The translations under genes were made by a program, and so were the position numbers. 64,000 nt of DNA, taken from assembly GCF_009914755.1 (NCBI RefSeq), contig NC_060947.1; one strand, 5' to 3'. The notes beneath the pieces are model-generated. The model saw only the letters and a list, made by a program, of their open reading frames with translations. It ran no database searches and was not told where the DNA came from. How positions within the stretch are numbered: position 1 is the first letter of the stretch; every line of letters begins with the position of its first letter. Shown piece by piece: positions 15,001 to 28,930 of the stretch. Source of the DNA: the human T2T-CHM13v2.0 reference genome, Homo sapiens.

Positions 15001-15534
15001 TATCAAAGACTACTAGAGAGCATGTCAGTAAGAATCAGGAGCCAACTTTAAGAGAGTTCCACTAGCCACAAGAAGGGCAATTTGAACTTCGCTAAGGATC
15101 AGAACTGCAATGTATTGAAACCCATCAAATGTTTACATCTATGGATGCATAGTTATATATACACTTATATGTGTAACCTTTTGAAGATGACAGGGGACCA
15201 ATTCATCATCTTGAAAGCAATGTTTTAAAAAATTGAGTATTTATCCTGCTCTTCCTATATAAACTATATTGCTGAGTAACCAAATAAAAGATGAGGGGAA
15301 ACAAAATTATTCCAGCTAACAGATGAAAACAAAATGATAGCATCAGAACGTCACCATTTTGTAGCCCCCCAACAAATTAATGGATCCAAAAAATTCAAGT
15401 CATCGTAACATAATCAATGTTGTGAATGAACACCCCCCCACCCCACCCCCCCGCAATATATTTGCCAAAGGGAACGAACCTGAAATTTATCAAGTCTCTG
15501 GATCCAGCTGCCAATTTGCAGGAAATAGAGAAGT

Positions 15535-15890
15535 ATCACCTGGGAACTTATCAGAAATGCAAAATCTGGGGCCCCTCCTAGATCTACAGAATCAGAAACT
15601 CTGGGAGTGGGGACCAGCCAATCTTTCAGGAAGTCCTCTAGGTGATTCTGATGTTCCCTAAAGTTTCAGAACCATTGTTCTAAGCACTTTATATGCATTA
15701 ACTCAGCTAAATTTCTTCAGAACTCTATAAGGCAGGCAGTATTATCATCATTTTACAGATGAAGGACCGTGTGGCACAAAGCAGTTAAGTAATTTGCACA
15801 ACATGACACACCTGGTAAGAAATGGGAGTCAGAACTTGAACTCTGTGAATCTAGCTCCAGAGTCCATGTTCTTAATCGCTGTGCTGAAAG
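15535..15890. mobile_element. MER5A fragment followed by a MIR
   Basis: atcacctggg...gaatcagaaactctggg...ggtgattctgatg; then the MIR core attttacagatgaagg...gttaagtaatttgc. Confidence 0.65.
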
Positions 15891-17862
15891 GTCTTTCCAC
15901 CTGTAAGAACTCAATTGTCAGAATGCCGTAATAAAGAATATTGGAAGTTTAAAAAAAAAAAAAAAAAAAGCAAAGACCAGGAGAAACATGCCTCACTATA
16001 AAATAGACAGGAATATAAGAAAATAATCATAGCAAATAATGTACCCAAAGTAATCTTCCAAAATCATTCCAAAACATTAACAGCCACCAAATGTAATATA
16101 CCCACGCACTTCTGGGGCAATTATCTCTGATATCTAATCACAAGGACCTAAAACCTGGATTGTGCTAAAGGTGGTACATAAATTCATGACAGTATCCTCA
16201 GACTCATCAATCTTTTAAATCTAAATGGTTATAGTGAAAGGTCATTCCAGAATAATTCATCTCCCTACTTTTAGTCACCATTTACTTAATGACTACTGAA
16301 AGGAAAAACTGCTGTCTTTCAATACCTAAGATTATACCATCAGAATCTCAGAGTTGAAGAATTTTAACATTCATCTAGTTCAATCAGCAATCCAGACTGA
16401 ATCAGATCTACAATCCCAATCTCCACGTAATGGTACATTCATAATAAATTAAAACATTCCAACTTTCTGTAAAATCACATTATGGGATCATTCTATGCCA
16501 CCAACTGTAATTTTTAAAGCCAAATGACTAAAAACTTTTAAAGAGAACTTAAAAGTTGAAAATGCTCAGGTTAACAGCCCAAACAAAACCTACAGTTGTT
16601 TTACTCATAGAGCCACTTCTTCACTACCTGAAAGGATTTCTATATCCAGAAGACCAAGCTGGTCAACAAGTACATCAAGTTTTAACAACACCACCTATGA
16701 AACATCAAACGACTTAAAAGTTGAGTTATTCCTGACATTAACATATATAAACATCTAGTAACCAGTCGTTGAGGAAACAACGAATAATACAGCAAAACAC
16801 CAAAAGCCCAAGTACTTATGAATATCAACCTTATAGATAGTGAGATCATCATAAAGCAGCCTAAAAGTCCTTAAAGGACTTTATGCTAAGGAAACATAAA
16901 TTTCAGATGAAATGAAATGAAAAATCACAGTAGGAAAACTAAGGTTGTGTATAATAGCTGAAAATCAACATGTAAGTAGAAGCTCTCAAAAACTGTTTTA
17001 GTATTGCCATTTCAAGAACTGTATGACAGCCAGGAACTCATTATTAGGTCTTAATAGCTTAGAAGTTATGGGTCAGAACAGCTGAGACACTAACATCAAA
17101 AGAATAAAAAGCAACATTATAAAGTAGTATAAAAATAACTAAATCACCTAAGGAAATTGAAACCATGCATGAAAAACCCCAAAGGCACAATCAGGTCATT
17201 AGGAAACACTAGCTTCTTCCACCAGGAGGCCTACTTTTCATGTGGAGCAATGAGCAAGGCCAAGACATGGAACTGAAGTCAGGTATCAAATCAGACTTTG
17301 CCACAGAAAAAGGAATCCATGACTAGTTATTTTAGGATAGTGCCTATGACAGCACTATCAACTCCAACTAGGATACAGGAGATTATAGCCATTGTTCCAT
17401 TATAATGGGTCCTCCAGGGTCTTTAATTGAGCAAGAATGGGTTAGACACCACTACTGGGCTGTAATCCCCAAATATGGGGGGCGGGAAACTATATATAGG
17501 ACAATTTCTTCAACAAATAAATTGGAAGAAAAAAAAAACAAAAGACAGAACCTGCAGATTAAAATAGATTTAACAGCTGTATCAATGCTTTGCAATAAAT
17601 GTGCTTTCTCAGGATCCTGATTCAAACAAACTGTAAAAGAAAAAAAACAAAGCTTAAAAAAAAATCAGAAATCTGAACATTTTATATTTGATATTTTTAA
17701 ATATCTGTTAATTTTTTCAGTTGTGATAATAGTTTTGATCTTATATTTAAAGAGCCCTTGCCTTTTAGAAATACAAACAAGTATTTTACAAATAAATATG
17801 ACAGGGATTTATTCCAATATAATCCATTGAGGGGGGCAGTGGTTAGAAGTATAGATGAAACA

Positions 17863-18010
17863 GGCTGGGCCTGGTGGCTCACGCCTGTAATCCCAACACT
17901 TTGGGAGGCCAAGAAGGGAGGATGGCTTGAGCCCAGGAGTTTGTGACCAGTCTAGGCAACACGATGAAACCCCATCTCAATTTAAAAAAATTAAAAAAAA
18001 CCAAACAAAC
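17863..18010 (+). mobile_element. Alu left monomer (FLAM-C-like) inserted in an old L1 3' end
   Basis: Perfect 16-bp TSD agaagtatagatgaaa at 17845-17860 and 18011-18026. Confidence 0.85.
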
Positions 18011-18403
18011 AGAAGTATAGATGAAATAGAATGTGCAAGTTGATACTATTAAAGCTGGTGATGGGTAAGTGGGGGGATTATTATACTATTCAATGTTTGC
18101 ATGTTTGAAATTTTTCGTAACTTTAATAAGAACTGGTTAGACATAATGACTTGCAATTTTATTTTTTGAACGATGCCTAGGGTGATTTAAAAAATCATGT
18201 ACAGACATCATTCATTTAAACAATTCCCTTTAATTCAGTAATGAGCTCCACTTTAAAAAAAGAAGCAACCAGTACCACATCAGATCCAGAGAATGGAAGA
18301 AACCAAAGTAGCTCCATTACAGAATGGGAATACATCCACCCCTACTATCTCCATTCCAGGAAGTAAAATACAAATACTTCCCACAAGATTTACAAAAACT
18401 AAC

Positions 18404-18541
18404 CTAAAATCACAGCCAATCATACTCATCCTGGTGGGAAATTCCCCACACTGCTCCAACAGCTTCCCGAACCTTCCTGACCAAGTTGGCCTGCTGGTTT
18501 CTCTGGATCACTAACCCACTCAGGTCAGGCTGCTGGAGGAC
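18404..18541 (-). other. HUWE1: HUWE1 shared non-coding exon (138 nt), last 5'UTR-only exon
   Basis: Acceptor ctttttttttgtAG|GTCC at 18542/18541 and donor TAG|GTTAGT at 18404/18403; sequence recognised as HUWE1 5'UTR. Confidence 0.85.
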
Positions 18542-19501
18542 CTACAAAAAAAAAGTTGGGGGAGAGGAGTGAGATACACAACACATTTATTAGGGTGTGT
18601 GAGGAGGGTTAACCATTCTATTATGTTCAAACATAACTAGTTATTATTTCTAAAGCAATAGTCCTTACATATCTATTTGCATTTTTTAGGACCTGCTTTG
18701 AGAAGTAACTGAGGAATTCAGAACCAACAACTCTAATACTTCTAACGCTTAGACAACATTCCTGAAAACTGAGTTCTCAACCCAAATGAAATTATAGAAG
18801 ACAGTTTATTTTTTAGACAAGTTTATACCCTCAATATAAACACTAAGGACGTATTTGTTTCATTGTTTCTGTGAAAAAAAACAACAACTGTACATATAAA
18901 AATTATTCTTCACCTTCATACATGCTTTTTGGCCATATTGGGAGACAAACGATAAACATCCTGGCAACTCAGGTTGAACTTTGCCATTGAACCTTAGACA
19001 AAGTTTTTATTTGGTATTGTCACTCCTTCCTCTCTTCTCAGAGATCTACCTAGAATAAGTTAAACTTTTAGGTCACACCTAGATTATCATTCCCAGATTT
19101 ATTCTATTGCTCAATAAGGGTCAAATTGAAATTGAGGTTTAATAAATTTGTGATCACTGCTTAACCCACGGTAAAATGCACCAATGCAAAATCTCAAAAC
19201 AGAAAGTGATTTCCTGCCCTCCAATGAAAATGGAAGAAAATTTTATTACCTACAAAGCACTTCAAATTAAATAAAGCAGACCCTGAAGTTCGAAACTAGA
19301 GTCCACATACAGCTAATTGTGGGATGGTTACCTCCTGTAAATTTTAAATCCTAGTAAACTTTTCACCACGTTTCTACTTCAATTCCCATCACCCAGCCGA
19401 AGTAAAATAATGGGGATAGTTGTGCTTGTATTAAAGGGTTGTTGCTAGAATTAGTTAAAAAAAAAATTGTAAAATGCTACACTTTAATATTGGTCTAATC
19501 A

Positions 19502-19824
<323 letters not shown>

Positions 19825-21689
19825 TCACATCTGTTTAATAAGTACGTTAGAAAATATAAAATGGCAATAACACAACAGGAAGTAGTGTATTAAAGAGCCA
19901 GCAGTAATTTGCTATGGAAAAGAAGCTGGGTATTCCAAATGATCTTTCTCTCTCGGACAGGAATTATCTTGCTCAGGTAAGAAGATGCCAAATAGCAGAT
20001 CCCCACACTGATCTGAGGAACCAAACAAATGAGGGAGGTGAAAAGTAGCATGAATACTTCAAAACTAGCTAACAGAAGTTCCTTTTACCACTGTGAAATG
20101 CATGACACCAAATTACTTTTGTAGAGTGAATGACAGGACAGACTGCCTTTGAAGGAGTGGAAGAAATGAGTAGGCAGGGCATGAGGCACCCCTTCCAAAA
20201 GGTAGAACACTTGGGTGTGGTTCTTGACAGGAACATTATGGCTGGTGGTCATTCCAGGATAGTGATTACGCACTGAAATTCCTAGACCATTAGAAGGAAA
20301 CAAAGAGTGGGAATCACGTTCAAACATCATGAACCACTGGAGATAAAAAGTTTGGCCTATGAGGAAAAAAAATATAAACGTTATAGATCTGGCCTAGAAA
20401 TACACCAAGAATGTACAGTTAAAGAAACAAAAATCTCTTACTCTTTCCCAGGTCATAAAATTAGCATATGACACAGGTACATCTACCAATGCATTCTTAC
20501 ACCAAAAAGTAATCCTAATTTATTATGTGCCTACCATGAGCTAAACATTTTATTTTATTTTATTTTAACTAATTCTAGCAACAATCCTCTAATGTAAGCA
20601 CAACTATTCCCATTATATAGATGAACTGAGAATCTGAAAATTTGCCCAAGGTCACAAGGTTCAATGTGAACCCAAAACACACCCAAAACACACACTATTA
20701 ATTTCACCATACCAGACCGCCGCCTATGACTGGGGAATGTTGGTATCTCCTCAATCTATGCAACACTGGGGCTAAAAGAAAACAATGCTGAACATGTAAT
20801 CTACAAAGGAGAAACAAATGATAGGGAATTAACTGCCTATAGTAACGGTGGCATGGGGGGAAGAGGAAATAAAGAACAGGGCAGACTGGGGGGCAGGACA
20901 ATCAATGCTGTTTTCTAGTAAATGGAAGGGGTAAAATGTAGTGGAGCCTGAGAGGAGGGTTATCTTCCTTCTAAGGGATTCAGCTCCTGGAAAAGGAGTA
21001 TGGGGAGTGGGGGATAGAAAGATTAAGAAGTGAGAAGCAGGTAAGAGGTGCTCAGCAGCAAAAATAGATGTCCACAGACCAAGAGGCTCCAGAAACTCAG
21101 AGCAAGGCAGGGAAAAGGGGCGGTTCCCAGGCTTGCAGGGGAAATGGAAGAGGCAGGGAAGACAGAAAGCGGGTTTACTGGAGAGTTATCCTCTACAGCC
21201 TTCTGAGGGGGAGGAATGAGGAAGGCAAGGCTAATGGCCGTAAACGAAAAGGCCACTTAAACTGCAATATCCAAACACCGACCCGTTCATAGTTTCGCTT
21301 AATAGTGGTTTAGCAGCATGCAGAGCTAAGAAATCCGGATCAGAGTCATACAAACATGAAGACTTAAGGAAATGGAAGGCTACTATGGCACCATCCACAA
21401 AGATGGAGTAAATGCAGGCAACAGGATAAGCTCTATTCAACGCCTGCGCCAAGGGGACCAATGGAAGGGGGAGACAGAGCGGGCTAGAGGACTTAGGCTA
21501 AACTCGAATTTAGAACTGGGGAAGGAGTCACAGGGAAAAGCTTTGACTCCCCCCTCCCTTAAATACCAGCCTCAACTATCCACGTAGATGAAGATTAGAT
21601 GGGACGACAGAATTAGGAGGGGTGTGGGGAGAGGAGGAGGAGTACACCAGTGACACTACTGCTTGAACCCTAAGCCTTAGCTCTAAAAC

Positions 21690-22830
21690 CGCGAGAGTTG
21701 GCGAAGATGACCCCACCTCGAGAAAAACCAGGGTATTCATCCGGGTCGTCGGAGGTGCTGAGAACGGAGGTTGGCCGGCAGAAAAGGTAGGGGAAAGGGG
21801 CCACTCTTCATTGGTTGCTCCTCTTTCCCACCGTTCAATTTAACCCCCAACCCCACTCCCCAGCGAACTCCAGACTCCCCTCCCACCCTTCCCAATCCGC
21901 CCACTGCGGCGGCGACAACGGAGGCGTTGACCGATCGGTGGGGCAAAGGCGGGCCCACACGCGGCCGAGGCCCAGGAAATGGTGTCGCCTCAACGGACAA
22001 GAAACGAGGTGGTCTTCGCCTCAGGTCTAGTTTACCGGCACCCCGGCGTTTCGCCAATCGTCACCTCCTTAACGCTGGGCACCTCAGAGGCGTCATAAAG
22101 GCAGATAGCCAACACCTCTGTGCTGGGTCCTGGCCGGACAGACATCAGCCTCCGCCGCCATCTTAACAGCAGGCGGACCGACCCTAGTCACTGCCCCCCC
22201 ACCCCCCACCCGCGAGCTACCTCAGCCACCGCCAACGAATCCCACGAGGACGTAACCCTGCTCCCGCGAGAATTCTCCGGCTTAGAACGGCACGAGCCGA
22301 AGACCTTGCCGCCGCCTCCGCGGCTACTGCAGTCAGTAACCGAGCCACCGCCGCCTCCGCGCGATCCCGCGAGAACCTCTACCGGACGGGAAAAGCCTGA
22401 GCCCAGCCCTTTCCAGACCCCTCCTCCCTCCCACCAAAGCCGAAGTAGCTACAGCTTCACCCTACGCGAAGCGAAAAGCAAATGACGCACAACCTAACGA
22501 AGCAGTGAGGGGCGGAGCCAACCTACCACGGCCGGCTCCCGCATGCGTTGAGAACTATCGCGATATTACGCTTTAGCCTCGGCGAGACCTTCTTAATTCA
22601 CCGCAGGATGCCGCCCGCGCCTCGCCTTTAGGAAACATGAGATATCGCGAGACCTGGTGCACACTCCTAAAAAGGAGAAAGGCGGAGCTTCATGAAAATG
22701 ACTGGGAGTTTTTCGGGGGAAGGGAGGAACCCTCCCGTCCTGCAGGGATCTCGCCTACCACGAGGTTTCCGACCCACTGCGGAGCTGGCTGCCAAACCTC
22801 GCGATGACACAGCTCAGCGCCAAATCTCGG
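21690..22830. promoter_or_regulatory. CpG island / proximal HUWE1 promoter
   Basis: Abrupt rise in GC and CpG. GC box ggggcgg at ~22509, half-CRE tgacgca at ~22483, NRF1-like cgcatgcg at ~22540, TATCGCGATA 22556-22565, TATCGCGAGA 22643-22652, YY1 CCGCCATCTT 22155-22164. Confidence 0.9.
22221..22480 (-). other. HUWE1: Alternative non-coding first exon of HUWE1 (proximal promoter; TSS approximate)
   Basis: GC/CpG-rich segment just downstream (minus strand) of a motif-rich promoter. Ends in donor GAG|GTAGCT at 22221/22220, followed by intronic G-runs. Confidence 0.62.
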
Positions 22831-23499
22831 CCATGTCCTGAAAACTGCCTCCGCCCCCGATCTAGGTGTCTAGAGCCTAGTGCTTGAGGAAAATTTAAAA
22901 AGTCAACCTGTTTATTCTCACGCTTCCGGGCAAGGCTGTACCAATTAGCCAAACTCCATTCTGGAAGCGGAGCAAAGAGTCCCCCATTGTTACCTGTCTC
23001 CAGGAATAACATATTATCCTGGACTAACATTTAAAAGACGTTCAATCTCACAGTAAGCACACAAATGCAAATGAAAACAATGACATAACATTTTTTGCCC
23101 ATTAGATAGGGAAAAAAATTTTTAAACCTACATTATCCAGACTCCTTCCCTCGCCGCACTGCAGGCTAACCTGAATCCATCTTAATCTAACTAAAGGCCA
23201 TATCATTAGTTCTAGTTCCAAAGCCACCAATTTTAACTACTGAAGCTTTACCTTGGCATAACCAAAAAGATCCAATAAAGTGGTTTTCTCCAAACAAAGG
23301 AGTCTGCCCTCAAAGGAATATTCAAGCTTCGGGGATGGGGGGAAATGCCTGAAGCTTTTAATATGGCAGTTTTTCCACGTCTAGCCAACAGTGTTTCTCC
23401 AATAAATCTTGGGATCCAATCTGGCTTGATTTGTGGGCTTTTCCATTCTAATGCATTGTTCTGTCCGTTCTAATTTAAATAGTTCCTTTAGAGTACATT

Positions 23500-24400
23500 T
23501 TAATAGCCAGTAGTACAAATATCCCTATCTTTACTTACGTTTTAAAATATTTTTTTTCAGTTATTCTTAGCCATTTTTTTCCCCCGGATGAACTTTAGAA
23601 TCATAGTAAGTTCCAAAAAAACTTGGTATATTTATTGAAATTGCATCAACTGTATAAACCAATATAGGAAAAATGGACATCACTAAAATATTGAGCCTTC
23701 TTATTCAGAAGCATAGTATTCCTTCTCTTTTCATGCAGATGTTCTTTTATGGTATTCGTCAATAAAGTTTTATAGTTTACTTCTAGGTATTTTTATTCGT
23801 TTCTCTTGCTATTGCGAACAGGTTTTTTATTATTAAAATTTCAAAATGCTTATTGCTTATAGATAGGAAAACTGCCTATATAAACTATTGATATTTGCCT
23901 ATTTACAAACAAAAATATGATCAATTTCGCCAGTAATCAGGGAAATGCAAATGAAAACAATGACATACGATTTTTTTGCCCTTTAAATTGGCTAAAATTA
24001 CAAAGATTGATAATACGTGTTGGCATAACTGTGGAAAAATAGGCACTCTCGCACAACATTAAAGAGTGTAAATTAGTACAGGCTTTTGGGAAGGCAATTT
24101 GGACAAATCTATCAAAATTCAAAATGCATATACACCCTGACCCAGCGGTTACTCTTCTAAGAATTTCTCCTACAGAAATACTCATACATGGCATGATACA
24201 TATACACAAACCCATTCATTATGGCATTGCTTGTAATAGTCCCCTCCCTCCCCCAACAGAGAAACAAGCTAATGTATATCAATCGGGAAATGGTTAAATA
24301 AACTGTAGTACAATCATACAATGCAGCTGTTTAAAACCCAACATAAATTTGGATTCCCGGATATAAGAAGATCTACAAGACATATTCTCAGATTTTTAAA
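23500..24400. mobile_element. Ancient L1M(E) fragments in both orientations separating the two CpG islands
   Basis: AT-rich; L1 ORF2 3'-region motifs (gtgtaaattagtacagg-ttttggaaggcaatttgg, gacccagc..actcttctaagaatt). Confidence 0.6.
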
Positions 24401-24616
24401 CAAGCAGTTAGTCGAAATGAATGTGTGTGTGTGTGTAGTACCATTTAGATATCAAAACATATATATGCAACGCCTAGTAGTTACCCGCGAAGCCTGCCTG
24501 CCCGCCCCTCACCTTCCCTCTCCTCTGAGGCCGCCTTCCTCGAACCAGTGAGAAACGCTGAAGGCCCGGCCTCTACTCTCTCTTTAGGGCCACTTGGCCA
24601 TGGCTAATGCCGGTAC

Positions 24617-24715
24617 CTCGCATCCCCTCTGTCAGCCGCTCTCTCGCCGCGCCGCCGGCAGCTGCCGGGCTGCCCCCGAAGATGCGGCTAGCTCTCCGCT
24701 GGCGCCTGCCGAGGC
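24617..24715 (-). other. HUWE1: HUWE1 non-coding exon 2 (99 nt)
   Basis: Acceptor tctcccctcccccAG|GCCTCGG at 24716/24715 and donor GAG|GTACCG at 24617/24616. Confidence 0.72.
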
Positions 24716-24934
24716 CTGGGGGAGGGGAGAGGAGGCGGGGTTCAGGGAGGGTTGGGGCAGGCCGCCCTGCCCCTCCAGCAGCCTTTCCCGCAGGCTCCCC
24801 AAGGCCGCCACCTCCGCGCCTCCGCGCAGGGTCCCGTGGGAACTCCCCCCCCAACCTCGCCACTGCCACCCGCGAGAAACCGAGAACGGCCGCGCGTACA
24901 GAGCTCGCCCTCCAGCCCAGGGATAGACGCTCAC

Positions 24935-25076
24935 CTCGGCCGCAATGGCTCCGCGGGGCCCGCAGGAGCGTGCGGGGTCCGCGGCCCTGCTTCAGCCCTG
25001 CTCCAGCCCTGCTCCAGCCCTGCTCCAGCCCTGCTCCAGCCCTGCTCCAGCCCTGCTCCCCTCGCTAGCCCTCAGT
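24935..25076 (-). other. HUWE1: HUWE1 non-coding exon 1 (distal promoter; TSS approximate)
   Basis: Lies in a CpG island. Strong donor GAG|GTGAGC at 24935/24934; contains the 11-bp repeat; GC box (gccccgccc) at ~25140 upstream. Confidence 0.75.
24985..25059. repeat. 11-bp tandem repeat (CCCTGCTCCAG): 6 full units plus a partial unit
   Basis: One variant unit CCCTGCTTCAG at 24985-24995, five perfect units at 24996-25050, and a partial unit at 25051-25059. Confidence 0.97.
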
Positions 25077-25975
25077 CGAAAGCCTCCTCGCTTCGGCTCA
25101 GCTCAAACTCGATTTGGGGCTCCACCCACCGCAAGCGAAGCCCCGCCCCTGCCCCTCGGGAGGGAGCTCCCTCCGCGGTGAAGTCGGGTCCCTTGCAGGG
25201 GACCGCGCCTGAGCTACCCAAGGCCCAGTAAATGCAACCATAGAGGATGATAGGGTCGCTAAGAATTGGGATTTGATTCGAGGCACGGTGGAAGCCGCGG
25301 AAGGGAACATGATTTGATCTGATTTACCTTTAAAAATTAACGACCTCGCCAGATGCCTTGTGAAGAATGGGGAGTGTGGGGCAAGAGGGCAAGGCTGGAC
25401 CCAGAGCGGAGGGTGGGAGACGACGTGGGAAGCCGACCACCCAGAGTTCACGCGAGCAAACCCTTAAAACACTTCAGGCACATAGTAAGCCCTCAATAAA
25501 CATTCTTTTTTCCTCCTTTAATTATTTGGAACGGCAGTGCGATTGACAAGGATCCTGTAGAGGATCTGCATCTGTAAATACATGGGAATAAAAAGGACCT
25601 GGTGGGAGATCACCTGTTAACCCTACTTAATTATTGTGGGCTGCGGACGACATTGGAGGGGCGAAGAACTTTGACTTGGAACTCTAGCTACTTCGATAAG
25701 GTTTCAATTTTTAATAAAAAGTATGTATTAATTTAGTATTTAAAGACAAAAGCACTATTAAAAGAACTCCTGAGACATCGAGGAAATAAAAACTGTGATT
25801 ATACCCTCCACTTCTCTAATTCCAGCCCTCCAGAGCAGTGGTTCATCCCTCGAATTGAGAATCTAATGAATGGGTCCCCCACCCCAATATATACTTACAC
25901 ATAAAATTTTGTATATGATCTCAGGAGATGTACAGGGCCCCTTCGAGATACACTGTTTCATTGAATATTTTTACA

Positions 25976-26266
25976 ATTTTTTTTTTTTGAGACAAAGCAT
26001 CACTCTGTCACCCAGGGTGAAGTGCAGTGGCACGGTCACGACTCACTGCAGCCTCGACCTCCTGGGCTCAAGGATCCTCCTGCCTGCCTACAGTCTCCCA
26101 AGTAGCTGGGCCTCCAGGTATGCGCCACCACGCCTGGATAACTTTTTATTTTTTGTAGAGGCGGGGTCTCACTATGTTGCCAGGCTGGTCTCAAACTCTT
26201 AGGCTCAAGCAGTTCACCCGCCTCGGCCTCCCAAAGCGCTGGGATTACAGGCGAAAGACCCGGCCC
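25976..26266 (-). mobile_element. AluJ element
   Basis: Antisense J-type Alu. Confidence 0.85.
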
Positions 26267-26786
26267 ATCTGTAACATTTAGTGGCAACATGAAGCTATAC
26301 TTTCTTTAGCATGTAATTAACTTCGGTTGTTCTTTTTTCATTTTAAAATTGGTTTCCTAATTACACATGATTATTGTAAAACACGGATAAATTTAAAGTT
26401 CCCCTTACATTCATATACACAAATAGAAAAGCATGGCTTTGTTTTTGTTTTTCATTTAAAAAATAAATAGCATCCTTTTTATGTATTGTTATGTTAATTG
26501 CTTTATTCACTTAATGTAGCTTGAAGATCTTTCCATGTCAATATATATAAATCTACCTCATTTATCTTACCTACTGCATAGTATTCCATTGAATGAATAT
26601 ACTGTAATCATTCATCTATGGATAAACACATGTTATTTTCAATCTTTGACTATTACAGTGGGGTTTTTTTTTACTGTTAACAATGCTGCAATAAAATTCC
26701 TTGTACATGCTTTTTTCTGCAGATGCTAAAATATTTCTGTGAGATAAACATGGAGAAATGAAATAGTTGGATAAAGGTAGCACACA

Positions 26787-27115
<329 letters not shown>

Positions 27116-27312
27116 TGAAATTCTAATACATAATGTCAAATGACAAATTGCCACGTAGAACGACTATTTCAGTTTATACCTCCACTAGCAGTGAGTAAGA
27201 ATTAGCATTTCCCTAAATTCTTACCCGGACTCGATATTAACCAATCATTTTAATATTTTGCCAATATAATGGGTGAAAAATGTCTCATTATTTACATTTC
27301 CCTGATTATTAG

Positions 27313-27735
<423 letters not shown>

Positions 27736-28609
27736 AAGAGATTTTTATCTATTTTATTATGAAAGTTTTCAAACATACGACGTTGAAAGAATTTTACATC
27801 TGTATACCCACCACATTGATTTTACCATGTTTTGTTATAACTTTACTACATATATGTCATTTATCTATCCACCAATCAAGCCATCTTATTTGTATGCATT
27901 TCTCTTTCTCATGTAACTAAACTCTCCAGAGTTTATTCTGTTGATATTTTCAAAGAACTATTTCTTAGATTTATTTTTCTGTTCTACCATTTTTCCCATT
28001 CTCTACTTAAGTTATTATTTTCAGCTTTAATGTTTATTAATATCTTCCTCCAGTTTTCTCTAAGTTTATTTTTTTCAGTGTTTTACTTCATATGAAGTGC
28101 TCTCATTCTTATTAATTTCTAGTTTATAATTTTAGGTTTGATTTCTTCTTTGACCATGAGATATTTAGAAGTATTTTCTTTGTGAGGTGACTCAAATTTT
28201 TTCTTATCTGGATGTTTTTGTGGTTAGAGGTTAGCTGTACTGCACTGTGTTCCATTAATGTGACTTTTATTATTTCTACTATTGGAAATGCATTGTGCTT
28301 TCTTTTATGATTCAGTACCTGATCAATCTTGGCAAGAGTTGCATAGGCATTTTTAAAAACTTTATAGCGTACAATTTATGTGCTTTTATAACTGTTTTCT
28401 TCATACATTTAATGGAATATTGGTTGCTATGTATGTTTATGACAGAAGATAGTCTTGGTAGATAGTCTCTTTTTTTCTTTTTTTAGAGACAGGATCTCAC
28501 TCTGGTGCCTAGAGCTAGAGTGCAGTGGCACAATCATAGCTCACTGTCACCTCAAACTCTTCAGTATCTCTCTTTACCCTGTTTAAAGTTTTTTTTTTCC
28601 TTGAATACT

Positions 28610-28930
<321 letters not shown>

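Larger units (their letters stand above)
24480..25460. promoter_or_regulatory. CpG island / distal HUWE1 promoter
   Basis: GC-rich, CpG-dense segment spanning exons 1-2, with a GC box at ~25140. Confidence 0.9.

Noticed and set aside
24985-25059. Regular repeat as a possible CRISPR-like array
   Set aside because: Units are contiguous with no spacers, and the context is mammalian.
21737-25451. Long overlapping Pro/Arg/Gly/Ala-rich ORFs on both strands (up to 159 aa)
   Set aside because: They reflect stop-codon depletion in CpG islands and the 11-bp repeat; there is no domain resemblance and they overlap non-coding exons.
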